This document shows positions 1 to 11,679 of a stretch of 64,000 nt of DNA, one piece after another. This DNA comes from Takakia lepidozioides (Eukaryota; Plantae; Bryophyta): assembly GCA_030704615.1 (NCBI GenBank), contig CM060731.1:61194001-61258000 (forward strand), given 5' to 3'. Under the pieces are notes generated by a model that saw nothing but the letters and a program-made list of their open reading frames with translations, ran no database searches and was not told the DNA's origin. Both the position numbers and the translations under genes were made by a program. How positions within the stretch are numbered: the first letter of the stretch is position 1; each line of letters begins with the position of its first letter.

Positions 1-2100
1 CCTCTGCAGTGGAAAAATTTAGTGAGACCCAGTGCGTTGCCCTTGCCAGTTTGAACAACTTTCCGAATATGTGCATCCCAATTAACAGTTGGAGGAAAAC
101 TCAACCCCCAGGTAAGTGTAGGAAGGGAGGACCGGGATCTCTTGGCTACCCCACTGTCACTTAAGATCACTTCCTCCCTCTCTTCTGTCATTGAATACCA
201 CTGCACATTTGCTGACATTAGCCTCTAGCCCCCAAAGATCAAAGTATCTCTTCGCGCAATCAATCAACTCCTGGAGATTGGTTGGAGTCTCCTCCATGCC
301 TGCGAAGTCATCCGCAGACATTAGGGCTGGTATGGTGGTATCACCCACCCTTAACTCAAATCCCTCACTTTCCACATCCTCGAGGAGTTGATTGATGAAA
401 ACATTGAAGAGCAGAGGGGAGAGAGTACATCCTTATACCCGGGATCTCTTGGCTACCCCACTGCTACTTGAGATCACTTCCTCCCTCTCCTCTGTCGTTG
501 AATGCCACCACTGCACATTTACTGATGTTAGCCTCTAGCCCCCAAAGATCAAAGTATCTCTTCGCGCAATCAATCAACTCCTGGAGGTTGGAAGGAGTCT
601 CCCCTATGCCTGCGAAGTCATCCACAAACATAACGGCTGGTATGGTGGTATCACCCACCCTTAACCCAAATCCCTCACTTTCCACATCGTCGAGGATTGA
701 TTGATGAAAACATTGAAGAGCAGAGGGGAGAGGGTACATCCTTGAGCTACACCTTGGTCTATGTCAAAGAAGTTGGACTTCTGTCCATTAACAGTGACAC
801 AGCTTTTGGTGTGAGCATACAAGTTATAGGTAACTCCACATCTTTCCCTTGATCCCACAAGACCAGAGGCGGAGCCATAGACCATCTCTCCACACTGTCA
901 TAAGCCTTCTATAAGTGGGTTTCCCTTTCTTCCTTCCCTGGATAATCTGGCTTAGAGTGAGGATATGATCCACAGCCCCTGTTTCGCCGAAAGCCAGCTT
1001 GGCCTTCGTGGAAACAACCTCTAGGTTCCAGATCACCCTTAGATTGACAATGACCCCCTGTCGCCAGTGAAAGGGGATCATTTCAGTCTTCCAGATAAGG
1101 TTAAAGAGGAGAACTAGGGCCTCTATCATGGGATCGCCACCATGCTTGATAAGCTCGTTGACTATGCCATCAGGTCCACCTGCTTTATATCCATTTAAAT
1201 GTTTAATTGCTTCCACAATGTCAGAAGAACTAATGGGAGCGTTGTAAGCCTTTGAAATATACTCCAGTGCATCAGGGCTGTTTTGAATCATAGGAACAGT
1301 TTTCCCAATCGTGTCCTTCCATTCATCCTAGGACCCCTCACTGTTAGACCTAGAAGTTCTGCCAAGGATACTGTAGTGGGTTTCAAAGGTTTTGACAATG
1401 TCAACCGATGAAGTCACCACTGCACCCTTAGTAGTCTTTAGCACTTGTACTTGCTGACAGCTTTTCAGCTTGTACAAACGTTGAAGGGCCAACCAGAATC
1501 TCTTGTCATTACCACCATGGTGATTTGAGTTTATTTCACTGTATAACCTGTCCCAGTATAATTTCTTCTGAGACCTTACAAGCTGATTGATATCCTTACG
1601 GATCTGGTAGTACCTCGCCCACAATTCTTTGTTGGTTTTCAAATTGCAGCACTCTTTATAGAGGACTCGTCTCTCAGCTATCTTGAGTTTCATCTCATTG
1701 GTCCACCAATTAACAACTCTACCGCAGACAATTAGTTTCCTCCCAATGATCTTGTCAGCCACAGAGGAGACGAAACTCTCCCAAGGATCCATTGCTCTTT
1801 CGACTTCATTTCTTGCATTGTCAAAGCGAGACTGAAGGTCTTGGAGCGAGTAGACAAAATGAGGGAGAGCCTGGCCTGGACAAGGCCTGGACATACTCAG
1901 CCTTGACCTCTTCATCATGGAATTTTTCTATGCGCCACGTCCAAATCAAACGTTTCACAGATCTCTTGGGGTTGGGAAAACACCTTTTGATCTCAGTCCA
2001 AACCAGGAAGTGGTCAGAGGTACCAATATCAGTTCTGTCGATCAACACATTGGCACTTTGGGGGAAACAAATTCTTGTCTATTATGATATAATCCACAAT
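1..2100 (-). mobile_element. Degenerate LINE ORF2 fragment (APE endonuclease C-terminus plus reverse transcriptase)
   Basis: Minus-strand frames give IVDYIII..GTSDHFLVW (APE end), KAGGPDGIVNELIK, FHWRQGVIVNL, GVAQGCTLSPLLFNVFIN and MFVDDFAG (RT core), with frameshifts and stops. Confidence 0.9.
131..742. repeat. Tandem duplication (~305 bp x2) of the LINE RT catalytic segment
   Basis: CCGGGATCTCTTGGCTACCCCACTG... starts at ~132 and ~439; ORFs 157..375 and 464..739 encode near-identical peptides. Confidence 0.9.
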
Positions 2101-3560
2101 GGAATGTTCCCCAGTTTGGGTTTCTTCACGAGTCCACGGGGAAGGATCACAGGGGTGACGGGGAAGGATCGCAGGGTTGAGTCCCAAAGGGCGTGAATAA
2201 GATGGGTAGCCTTGTCATTAGGAGATGGTAGGTCTAGAATTGAGGGGAGGATTGACGCTAGGCATGTTTCATACTCGGCGTCGTGTAAGTAAGAGAAGGG
2301 GGTATTAAAGTGGATACGTGGGTGTAAAGGGAGAGAAGTAGAGGAGCCCTTCACGGGGAGAGAGACGGAAGGAAATGCAAAGGAAAGGCAAGAGTGATCA
2401 GAATCCGGGTACCTCGTGATGTAAAAAGAGCTTATTCTATCAATCGTGTTGGGGCTCCCCATGTGTCGCGGCCCTTTTTCTTGAGGGCGGGAGGTCGGGA
2501 CACGAGAGGGGCTGCCCCTGTGGTGGGGGCAGCGATGACAATAGGAAAAGGGGTTGAAGCACCCTTGATGGCCGAAGCGTGACCAACCTCTTGCGGCCAT
2601 CTATGACCGCACCGAATTTACTCAAGAACGTCATCCCCAAATGAGATCAACTCCATCGACCTCGCAAATTATAAAGTCCTCACGCCCCTCCCAACTCCTT
2701 AGCTGGAGAGGGACGTTGAACGCCACCCTAGTCGCCAATTGTGGATCTCCTTTGGCAGAGCACACTTCAACGGAGGCCCCCGCGTCATTTGTCGGGAGCC
2801 CCAGCTTCCGTGCTGTTGCTGGTGTCATGAAGGAGTGTGACACTCTTGTGTCCACCAACAACGACACGATAGTTTCAGAAATTTCCCCACTTATGAACAT
2901 TAAACAGCTTCCGTTACGTAATGCTCCCGTTTCTTGAAACAGCTCACACGTGTAGTTGCCCACCTTGCAACTCCTGGCGACCACCGCCTCCACCAAGACA
3001 ATCGACCACGTTCTTGCCCTTGTACGTGTGGCAGGTGAATTGGCTGGAGGATTTGAAATTGGTTGTTCCATTGTAAATGACATGCCCCTGAATTTCACAA
3101 AACTTGAGTAGATGGTGACCATAGCTTGTGATTTCGCAAGAGACATCCGCACTTTGCCTCTCCAAGTCCATATATGAGTGTTGGATATGTAGAGGATCTG
3201 TTGGGTCGAAGGTGGGGGCTGTAGTGATCGTGTCGGACGTTGAAATCTCCAACCAAAGAATATGTCCGTGTGTGGGGTACGGAGACGGGCTATATCCTCT
3301 TCCAATGGGACATATGGCGAATCTGTTCTCATGTGTAGGCCACTGTGCAGAGATGTAGCCGGAGCAAAGTAACATCCCACCAGCAGAATGTTTGGTTGAG
3401 GGTTGTAGCCCCTAATGTGACACCAAATGTACCTTGCTAGTGGGTCTTTGCAGGGGAAGGAGATAAATGGGAGAAGCCAATCCGCAAAGTAACAAGCCAC
3501 TCCACCAGATCCTGTGAGATCTGTACGTGGAGAGTCACTGACTGGAAGCTATAACCGAGA
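2101..3560 (-). mobile_element. APE endonuclease fragment of a second LINE family, interrupted at 2463-2994
   Basis: GSGGVACY, VGCYFAP, GDFN-like motif, FTCHTYKGKNVVDCL | MGSPNTIDR...PDSDHSCLSF. Confidence 0.8.
2463..2994 (-). mobile_element. Retroviral-type aspartic protease fragment (Ty3/Gypsy-derived) inserted into the LINE endonuclease
   Basis: SLLVDTRVSHSFMTPATARKLGL...DGVDLIWGMTFL (degenerate DTG and ILG motifs); the LINE frame resumes on both sides. Confidence 0.75.
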
Positions 3561-3775
3561 ATATCATGGGGCCCCAACCCCTATTTAGAGTTAGAGGGGC
3601 GCCGCTCTTGCTCTCAGACAATTACCCTCCCATCTCGGTACACGGCATAGTGCCCTTGTGCCCGAGCCTGTTTGACCTGCAAGAGTTGTGCGCGCATGGC
3701 GATGCATTGCAGGGGAGTCAAACAAAGAAAGAGGGAGGTCCACAGAATCAGAAAAAAAACAGCAAGAAAAAAACT

Positions 3776-5820
3776 GAGAGAAATGAAATGAAATGGTGCT
3801 TCACAACGTCTGCGGAAAGCTCATAGAGCTTATGGGACAAAAGGGAAGCAAGAAACAAGAAAGAATAAAAGACAGAAATGAAATGAAATGGTGCTTTATA
3901 ACGTCCGCGGAAAGCTCGTAGAGCTTATGGGACAAAATGGAAGAAAACATGAGAGAGGAACAAATCCAGAAACCACAATTAATGTTCTAGCGATTGTCTA
4001 AGGGTGAAGGCCTCGTGTAGGTAGGCTGCCAAGCATTTTTGATCCTCATAGTGAAAGACATCAGTGAGAGTTTGGGTTCCACTGAATAAACAGTGGAATC
4101 TCCCACGGATCTCGTAGTATAGAGGGCAGTAGAAGAAGAAGTGTTCTTCAGTTTCAATTTCCTTGCTGCGCCCTATTCAAGCTGGACATAGGCGGTCCTC
4201 CCGTTGCAGGTTTTCCCATCTGCCAGTCTCTATCCGTAGGTTGTGGGAACCCACCCTGAACCGCCCCAATGCCCTCAAGAGGGAAGGAGATAAGGGTGCT
4301 GAAAGGTAATTTGGTCTCAAGATTCTATCATCGCGGAGCACCAAGAATGTCTCTCGATAGAAGTGGAGCTTTGTCGTGAGATTGGGTAGCATCCAAGTTC
4401 TCTTGACATGTAATTCCATAAGCTCTCTCCGAATGAGTCTGTTGTGGTCATGTCTGGATGTGATGTCCACCTCATCTGGGTTCATTGGTAATAGGAAAGC
4501 AGTAGAAAGTCCATTACGTTGAAATAAACTGTCCACTCGAGCATACCAGAAGTTCCTGAAACCTGCAGCTTTGAGCCTCATAGATGTTGTGAGGGCCCTA
4601 GCCACTAGCCCTTTGGGTGGAAGGGCCTGCAATCTATGGAGAAAGATTGTAAGCCTGAAGAGGGCCTCGGATTGCAATGGTACACATGCGAACTCTGCAC
4701 CTAGCAGAGCAGGAAGCAGCCCAAATTAAACTAAGCAAATGAGAGAAATGAAATGAAATGAAATGGTGCTTTATAACGTCCGCGGAAAGCTCATAGATGA
4801 GAGAAAACAGGAAACCAAAGTCAAAGATAAGAACTATTGTTCAAGTGATTGTCTAAGGGTGAATGCCTCGTGCAGGTAGGCTGCCAAGCATTTCTGATCC
4901 TCATAGTGAGAGAAATGAAATGAAATGAAATGGTGCTTTATAACGTCCACGGAAAGCTCATAGAGCTTATGGGACAAAATGGAAGAAAACATGAGAGGAA
5001 CAAATCCAGAACCCAAGAATAAGAACTAATGTTCTAGCGATTGTCTAAGGGTGAAGGCCTCGTGTAGGTAGGCTGCCAAGCATTTTTTATCCTCATAGTG
5101 GAAGACATCAGTGAGAGTTTGGGTTCCACTGAATATAGGCGGTCCTTCCGTTGCAGGTTTTCCCATCTGCCAGTCTCTATCCGTAGGTTGTGGGAACCCA
5201 CCCTGAACCGCCCCAATGCCCTCAGGAGGGAAGGAGATAAGGATGCTGAAAGGTAATTTGGTCTCAAGATTCTATCATGTTCGGAGCACCAAGAATGTCT
5301 CTCGATAGAAGTGGAGCTTTGTCTTGAGATTGGGTAGCTTCCAAGTTCTCTTGACTTGTAATTCCACAAGCTCTCTCCTAATCAGTCTGTTGCGGTCATG
5401 TCTGGATGTGATGTCCACCTCATCTGGATTCATTGGTAATAGGGAAGCAGTAGAGAGTCCGTTGTGTTGAAATAAACTGTCCACTCGAGCATACCAGGAG
5501 TTCCTGAAACCTGCAGCTTTGAGCCTCATAGATGTTGCGAGGGCCCTTGCCACGAGCCCCTTGGGTGGAAGGGCCTGTAATCTATGGAGAAAGATTGTAA
5601 GCCGGAAGAGGGCCTCAGATTGCAATGGTACACATGCGAACTCTGCACCTAGGATCTGAGATGGAGTTGTGCTTCTGGCGCCAAGCATTGCTTGGAGAAA
5701 AGATGACTGCAATGGTTCCAGATTCTTTTCCCACCAGGAGACAGGGACACCAGGTGCCCAGAACTCAGAGAGAAAGATTGAAGATGAACATTTCTCCATT
5801 GAAGGCCCGAAGGCTCCATG
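3776..5820 (-). mobile_element. Stack of at least four 5'-truncated RTEX-like LINE 3' ends with (ATTTC)n tails
   Basis: Repeated GAAATGAAATGGTGCTTTATAACGTCCGCGGAAAGCTC tail at ~3780, 3876, 4745 and 4912; ORFs carry RFRVGSHNLRIETGRW..RLC..ETEEHFFFYC (CCHC-type C-terminus). TSD ATGAGAGAAA flanks the ~50-bp copy at 4739-4807. Clade assignment is less certain than the LINE call. Confidence 0.85.
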
Positions 5821-5838
5821 GACTGAAAATGAAAGAGA

Positions 5839-6099
5839 ATGTACTCATAAGACGTTGTTTGCCGTAGCAGTATTGCCATTGACCCCGTGCCCAGTTTGAG
5901 TGGAACACAAAGGGACAGAACCTACCTTTGTCAGGGGCTGACGTCGGCAGTAAGACTTACCTTGGAATAAACAATTGATCCGGGTTTTCCAGATATCCTC
6001 TAGAAATCCCTTCACACAAGCATCAATCTGCTGTGTGTGGTTTGCCCAATAACTAGGCCCCAAAAGGGCCTGGGCTTTTGGCTCAGCCTCGAGACTTCA
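5839..6099 (-). mobile_element. 5'-truncated LINE 3' end (different family) with 18-bp target-site duplication
   Basis: GACTGAAAATGAAAGAGA at 5821-5838 and 6100-6117. The same 3' end (GCTACGGCAAACAACGTCTTATGAGTACATTCT) recurs at ~19009-19041 (+) and ~63953-63984 (-). Confidence 0.75.
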
Positions 6100-6538
6100 G
6101 ACTGAAAATGAAAGAGAGTTGGAAAGAAAGGAAAAACTTCGAAACACCCACTGGAGCCCAAAGTGCTTACAGGGTAAAAGTGCTAATGAGCAAGGAAACA
6201 ACAAATAAGGCCTAAAGTGATGCTCAAGGTACTTTGCTAAGCAGAGATTTACAGACAGACAGATGTATGCGTCTCACCTGAAGTTTTGTAAAGCCAAAGG
6301 CTCACTTCTGAAGCTCATAGCCTTAAACATGAGTTTAGTTTGGGCATGCAATATTATCCCAGAAACTCTCCCCAGCCTCCTGACCCAGAGGGCCATGGCC
6401 CTAGGTACTGCCAATTCGAGGGACAGGGTGAGGTAAAAGGAAGGGTCAAAATAATTTGTTACTGGGGAATCAGATAGTCCTTTGCGAAATACTTGACAGA
6501 AAAGAAAGATATGATATGAAGGTGACTTGGTGATGCAG

Positions 6539-8926
6539 GGCCTATGACATATCACTTGAAAGAGTGCACAGGTAGAGGTGCTTTTGCCCAAGTGTACCAG
6601 GCTCTTGCTGAAGATGACAACTATGGTGACAATGTCTTCAATGTTGTCTTGAAGGTTAACATCTTGTAGCAAAGAAGAAGTTGTTGTTTATCTTACGTCA
6701 TGGATATCTCCAGATAAAGCCCATTACAAGCCTGTGATATCCTGTCCCCATCTGATATTTAGGTCTTAGTTATGAGTTATAGGTGAGTTGTAGTTATGAG
6801 GTTATGAGTTATAGTTTGGAGCTCTTTCACATTACTGAAAAGTTGATTTTTCTCTAGTAAAAAAGAAAAACTCTATCTCAAGAAGATTGCTTTCCTCCCA
6901 AGTGATGGCCTTGTAGAGGCCTAAAATGGCATAACCTTTGCAGAAAATTGAGATATTACCTCTGGTTTGTGTCTATTCTGATCTTTGCGAGGGAAGGTTT
7001 TGAGTGCGTGGATAGTGCATTGGTACATGGATAAACAGGTGCAAAGGCCCAGCTGCCCCTGGGAATTCTATTGTTATCGGCAGCTTGACTTCCGAATATC
7101 TCCTGATGATGTAATTTCCTCTCTTCTTCTTTCATTATGTGTTTTTCTCCTACCTTTCATCCCAACTGCTCCCCTGCCTTCTTTTCCTGCCTTAGTATTA
7201 CTTCTGTTCTCCCCATGTTCCATGACAGATTTATAGAGTGTGGTCCTCTTCCAATACATAGTTGTTGCATTATCTCCAGGTATATTGAGGGAGTCTAATC
7301 CTCATGTTGTTGGACAGGATTGCTTCAAGTTTACTGACATGGTTATGCACTTGGGTTGTTGATTGGCTTGTTGTAGAGATGCCTGTTCGGGTATGCTCAT
7401 AAAATGCATGTCTATGCTGACTGTAGCTTCATGGTATGTGATTATGGCTGCCATGGCACTCTTCAGGTATGTCTGTCTTTGACTGTAGCCGCTCTATGAT
7501 GCCTCAAACAGATTTGTGCGTGCTTCTAGTTGTATTGTCAAGAATATATACATGTCTTCAATCATTCTCTGTTCTCTATTGGAGATGAAGACTTCAACTC
7601 ATTGAGTGATTAAATCATGCCACTATTGTTGTATTGGCTGCAGGATCTCGTGAACGTATACCGGGTGTTGGGACAACGGATGGATGAAGGCCTGTGTATG
7701 TTCTACACAATTGAGCTGTTGCGAATGCTGGAGGTTTTGCATGGGGTGGGCCTCATTCATGCTGACTTGAAGCCCGACAATCTTCTCATTCGTAGTGACA
7801 GGTACTCCACCTTGTTAATCCCATGTCTCCAGCTCTAGTTATTTGCTTACTGTAGAAACTGTGCAATCATGTGGTTCCTTTGTATCTTTGTGGAATTCTG
7901 AAAAATCTTTGATTTTGTTTCTGCTTGCTGTTCTGTGTGGGCTAATGAGGTTTGCTCGGGAAGATTAAGATATCACCTTGTCTGTGTGCAGTGAGGACTG
8001 GCAAGAGTGGGCACCAGACAGGCCTGGTTGCTGGAAACATCAGGTAATAACCTTTTCAGCTGGTTTGTTGTGAAAGGAGAAAAATATGCAGAAGTTTCCT
8101 AGTTCTAGGTTTTATGAATATACCAGTTGAAGATGAATTTTTCCATCAGTACAGGTTGCCTGGCTCGGAGTGCTTAGTATGGGGATGGATGGTGGCAATT
8201 TCTTGTGCAGGGGTTGTGTTTGATAGACTGGGGCCGCAGCATCGACACCAACCTCTTTTCCAAGGGCACCCAATTTGTTGGGGATAGCAAGACCGATGCA
8301 TTTCGATGTATCGAAATGGTGTCTCAAGCACCTTGGACATTTCAGGTGAGACAATGTAAACAGATGTGCATCTTTTCGCAATGTCAATGCAATGTGAGAC
8401 CAAGTAGTAGTAAGGTGAGTGCTTCAAGCCAGATACCACAGTGCAGCTGTTCATTACTACGAAATGGTTCATACATTTCACTAAAGTTGCTGTGGGTGGG
8501 TGCTTGGAACGTGATGCAGGTTGACACCTATGGGTTGTGCGGGGTGGTACACTGTTTACTGCATGGTACCTATATGGAGATTCAACAGAGCCGTGGCTCA
8601 CACTCATGCCCCATTTACAGGCCTAAAGCCCAGTACAAGCGGTACGGACCCTCTCTTTTACTGTTCTTCTCTCTTGGCTACTCTCTCATCTGAATTGAAG
8701 ACACCATAGATCAATAACCAGCCAAATTCTTCTCTGCAGGTATTGGAACACGGAACTATGGCGGAACTTGTTTGAGACGCTACTGAATGTGGAGAGCTGT
8801 ATCCACAAACCACCCTTGAGTTCACTTCGCAGAGCCTTTGAGGACCATCTGGTGAGCAAGGGCCTAGCCAAGAAGCTGCAGCAGCTGCTGATGAAGCAAA
8901 CCATCATGATGTCAAGCCACAAATGA
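6539..8926 (+). CDS. BUB1: BUB1/BUBR1-family mitotic checkpoint kinase, 3' eight exons (6539-6654, 7039-7110, 7377-7466, 7644-7801, 7992-8043, 8211-8345, 8520-8641, 8740-8926)
   Basis: Phase-consistent GT-AG splicing gives GRGAFAQVY, VVLK|VQRPSCPWEFY, HGTLQD, IHADLKPDN, LIDWGRSID, FRCIEM..PWTFQVDTYG and KRYW..LW..LF..LLN, all BUB1 kinase signatures. No 5' exons were recognised in the window, so they probably lie upstream of it. Confidence 0.93.
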
Positions 8927-9099
8927 GCTTAATCTCTCTTGCAAATGTACTTGCTAACTCACTCCTTTTGTAACACGACTTTGTGATATCTCACTCGCAT
9001 CTCTCATCACAATGAGTGTTGCACAAGGAGAGGATGTCTCCTTGTTGCCCACTCATTGAGGCATGATTTAAAGAGATAGGAGATTTTAGGCAGAGTACA

Positions 9100-9170
9100 G
9101 AGAAATGAAATGGTACTTTATAACGTCCGCAGAAAGCTCAAAGAGCTCATGGGACAAAAGGAAACAAGAA
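9100..9170 (-). mobile_element. Short RTEX-like LINE 3' tail
   Basis: Matches the 3780/4912 tail sequence. Confidence 0.75.
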
Positions 9171-9987
9171 CGAGAAAGAGAAAACAGAAAGAGGGAGACA
9201 GAAGCTGCCCAAGAGCAACTACTGCTCAAGGAATTGCATAAGGCTCGAAGCCTCATGCTGGATACAACCCAGCACCTGAGAATCACTACCAGACTGTTTG
9301 TCCATCTACATGCCTGAAGTACATGTTGTCCATCTACATGCCTGAAATGTTAAGCAGCTCTAGACAGATCTCAATAAAAGTCGCAGGCGTGGCTCCTCAA
9401 CCAGAAGGAGAGTACAGAGGTTTTGCAAACATCACCAGCTGCTCCATATCAATCTTCCCTCTTTTTGAACATCTCAAGTCAAAGATCTACTCGAGCAAAG
9501 CAACAGCTTCCCAAGCAGCTCAGATCTGTGCTCAGTCCCCCATGGACAGTTACGTTAACTACGGATTCAGCTACCTAACGGCTCCTTCCGGAATACTGGG
9601 ACCGGGAATACTTTTTTCTTTTTCTATGTTTTTCCATTTGTTTTCTATTTCATGAAAGGTTTTGAAAAACATTTGTTTTAATCAAACATTTCCATTGTAT
9701 TTTCTCGCCAAATAACTGCCAATAACTGTCATAGACTGACGAGAAACATCAACGGACGAAACCATAAAGTACGTCGACGGAAATTGACGACGAGAAACGA
9801 CGTACGGGGGAAGGCGTACGGTGTCGTATTCGTATTCGTAGAGGGAGGGTAGAGAGAAGGAAGAAGAAAGAACAGAGGGAGGGAGGGAGCGAGCGAGAGT
9901 GAGAGGAAGGGAGAGGGAGGGAGAGAGAAACAGAGAAGGGAGGGGAGGGGAGGGGAGGGGAGAAGGAGAGCAGATGATTGCGCAATC

Positions 9988-11679
9988 ATGTGGCATGAGG
10001 CGAGGAGATCAGAGAAGAAGGTCCATGAGATTATGGATGCAGCAAGAAGGCGTGCACAGAAGCGTGCCATCTTTCTTGCGAAGAGAAGGGTGGATCCCCA
10101 TCAGACCCTGCGGGTGGTGGGCACCAGGTGCCGCGTGCACCACGATGCTACCATCTATCAAGCAACGGAGGATCAACAGGGATTGATTCCATGGTGTGGG
10201 AAAGAGGACAATTTAATAGACAGGTTTGACGGGAGAGCGCTGCTGGACGTGATACGGGAGTACAGTGCTGCGGCGCAGCAGGTTCCCCGGGAGAAGACGG
10301 AGGAGGAAGAGGAATTGGAGGAGATGGTGAATTTTCAGCGGTATCGTGACCTGATTAAGCAGCGGCGGCGGGGGTTTAGTGACAAGCAGGGGCTTGAAGA
10401 TGTTGACCAGGAGCTGGAGGCAAGAGTGGTCACTCCCTTTGCTGTGGAGAAGCAACGCACGGCAGGGAAGGGGACGTATGGCCAGGTAGGGTTTGCTTAC
10501 GAGGGGAGTGGTGGGGCCACGCAGGAAGAGAACCAGGCAGCAGCTGTGGGAGAGAGTGATAATGATGAAGGGCAAGCCACTGGGGAGGAAGAAGAGGGTA
10601 GCAGCAGTGAGGACAGTGAGGATGAGGTCATCGAGACGATTGGTCATGAATATGGTGTTCAAAGATTCAACTGGATGATCAGCCTTGATCGGAAGGCGAA
10701 GGAGGAAGAATGGCGGCAGAAGGAGGCGGTGAAAGGGGACCCGGCCTTGAGAAAGCTGAGCAGGAAGGAACGACGAAAAGCGTCCCAGCAAGAGAGAGAG
10801 CGAGAAAAGGAGGCCGCCCGGTTGGCTAGCAACCGGCCCACCCACCATGACCCCTACAGAGAGTTGCGAAAGAGTCCAACTTATGACTCATATTCTTACT
10901 CGCATTCTAGAAGGGAGAGGGGAAGGTCCTTATCACCTTCACCTCCTAGCTTGCGGTCTCGGCATGAACACCGTTATCATCATGATCTTGACTCCCATGA
11001 TCGGGACCACCGAGACCATCGGGATAGGAGAAGGAGAGGTACAGGGGCCACCACATCCACCATTGAATACATCACTGAGTTTGGGGTTGAGGGATCCGCC
11101 GGGCAACCTGAGAGAAGTGTGGCCCCGCCAGCATCCCCACCATCACATCCGGTGGATGCTTCAAGCCATCAGCATTCAACACGGCGAATCCTTGAGGCAA
11201 TACACAGTGACCCAGCAGCTGTCGCCGTCACACCAACAGTATCAGGGCCGTCGTCTGCCGATTGGGAGATAAACCATAGAGACAGAGACACGAGAGCATC
11301 TGGGTTGTCTTCATCGTCAGCCATTGCAAAGTTGAGCAAGCTGGGCACACCTGGGCCTCCGCCACAGAAGTCAGGGCAGGCTGACACCAAGGCTCAAGAA
11401 ACGCCTCAAGAGCGCCTAAAGCGAATAATGAGTAAGCAATTGAACAAGCAAATCAAGAAGGATACGGTGACAGAGTTGGGAAAGAGACGGGAGCAAGAGA
11501 GGGAGAGGCAAGAGAAGCTGGCTGAAACCCGCCGCATTGCTCTTAGAAGGGGCCGTGCTCGCAGTCGTAGCCGTAGCCGCAGCCGGTCTCCTATCAGGTA
11601 CCATCACAGAAGCAGAAGCAGGAGTCCATTGAGGTCTTGCCCTCGGTCACCTCGTGTGCGCAGTCGAGTGAGAGGTTGA
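9988..11679 (+). CDS. CLASRP: CLK4-associating serine/arginine-rich splicing protein (SWAP-like N-terminus, RS tail), single exon
   Basis: 563-aa ORF with MWHEARRSEKKVHEIMDAARRRAQKR, LIDRFDGRALLD, VNFQRYRDL, IEYITEFG, ETPQERLKRIMSKQLNKQIKKD and RSRSRS. Confidence 0.9.
   Translation: MWHEARRSEKKVHEIMDAARRRAQKRAIFLAKRRVDPHQTLRVVGTRCRVHHDATIYQATEDQQGLIPWCGKEDNLIDRFDGRALLDVIREYSAAAQQVPREKTEEEEELEEMVNFQRYRDLIKQRRRGFSDKQGLEDVDQELEARVVTPFAVEKQRTAGKGTYGQVGFAYEGSGGATQEENQAAAVGESDNDEGQATGEEEEGSSSEDSEDEVIETIGHEYGVQRFNWMISLDRKAKEEEWRQKEAVKGDPALRKLSRKERRKASQQEREREKEAARLASNRPTHHDPYRELRKSPTYDSYSYSHSRRERGRSLSPSPPSLRSRHEHRYHHDLDSHDRDHRDHRDRRRRGTGATTSTIEYITEFGVEGSAGQPERSVAPPASPPSHPVDASSHQHSTRRILEAIHSDPAAVAVTPTVSGPSSADWEINHRDRDTRASGLSSSSAIAKLSKLGTPGPPPQKSGQADTKAQETPQERLKRIMSKQLNKQIKKDTVTELGKRREQERERQEKLAETRRIALRRGRARSRSRSRSRSPIRYHHRSRSRSPLRSCPRSPRVRSRVRG

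Noticed and set aside
10213-10848. 211-aa antisense ORF
   Set aside because: Shadow of the CLASRP coding strand.
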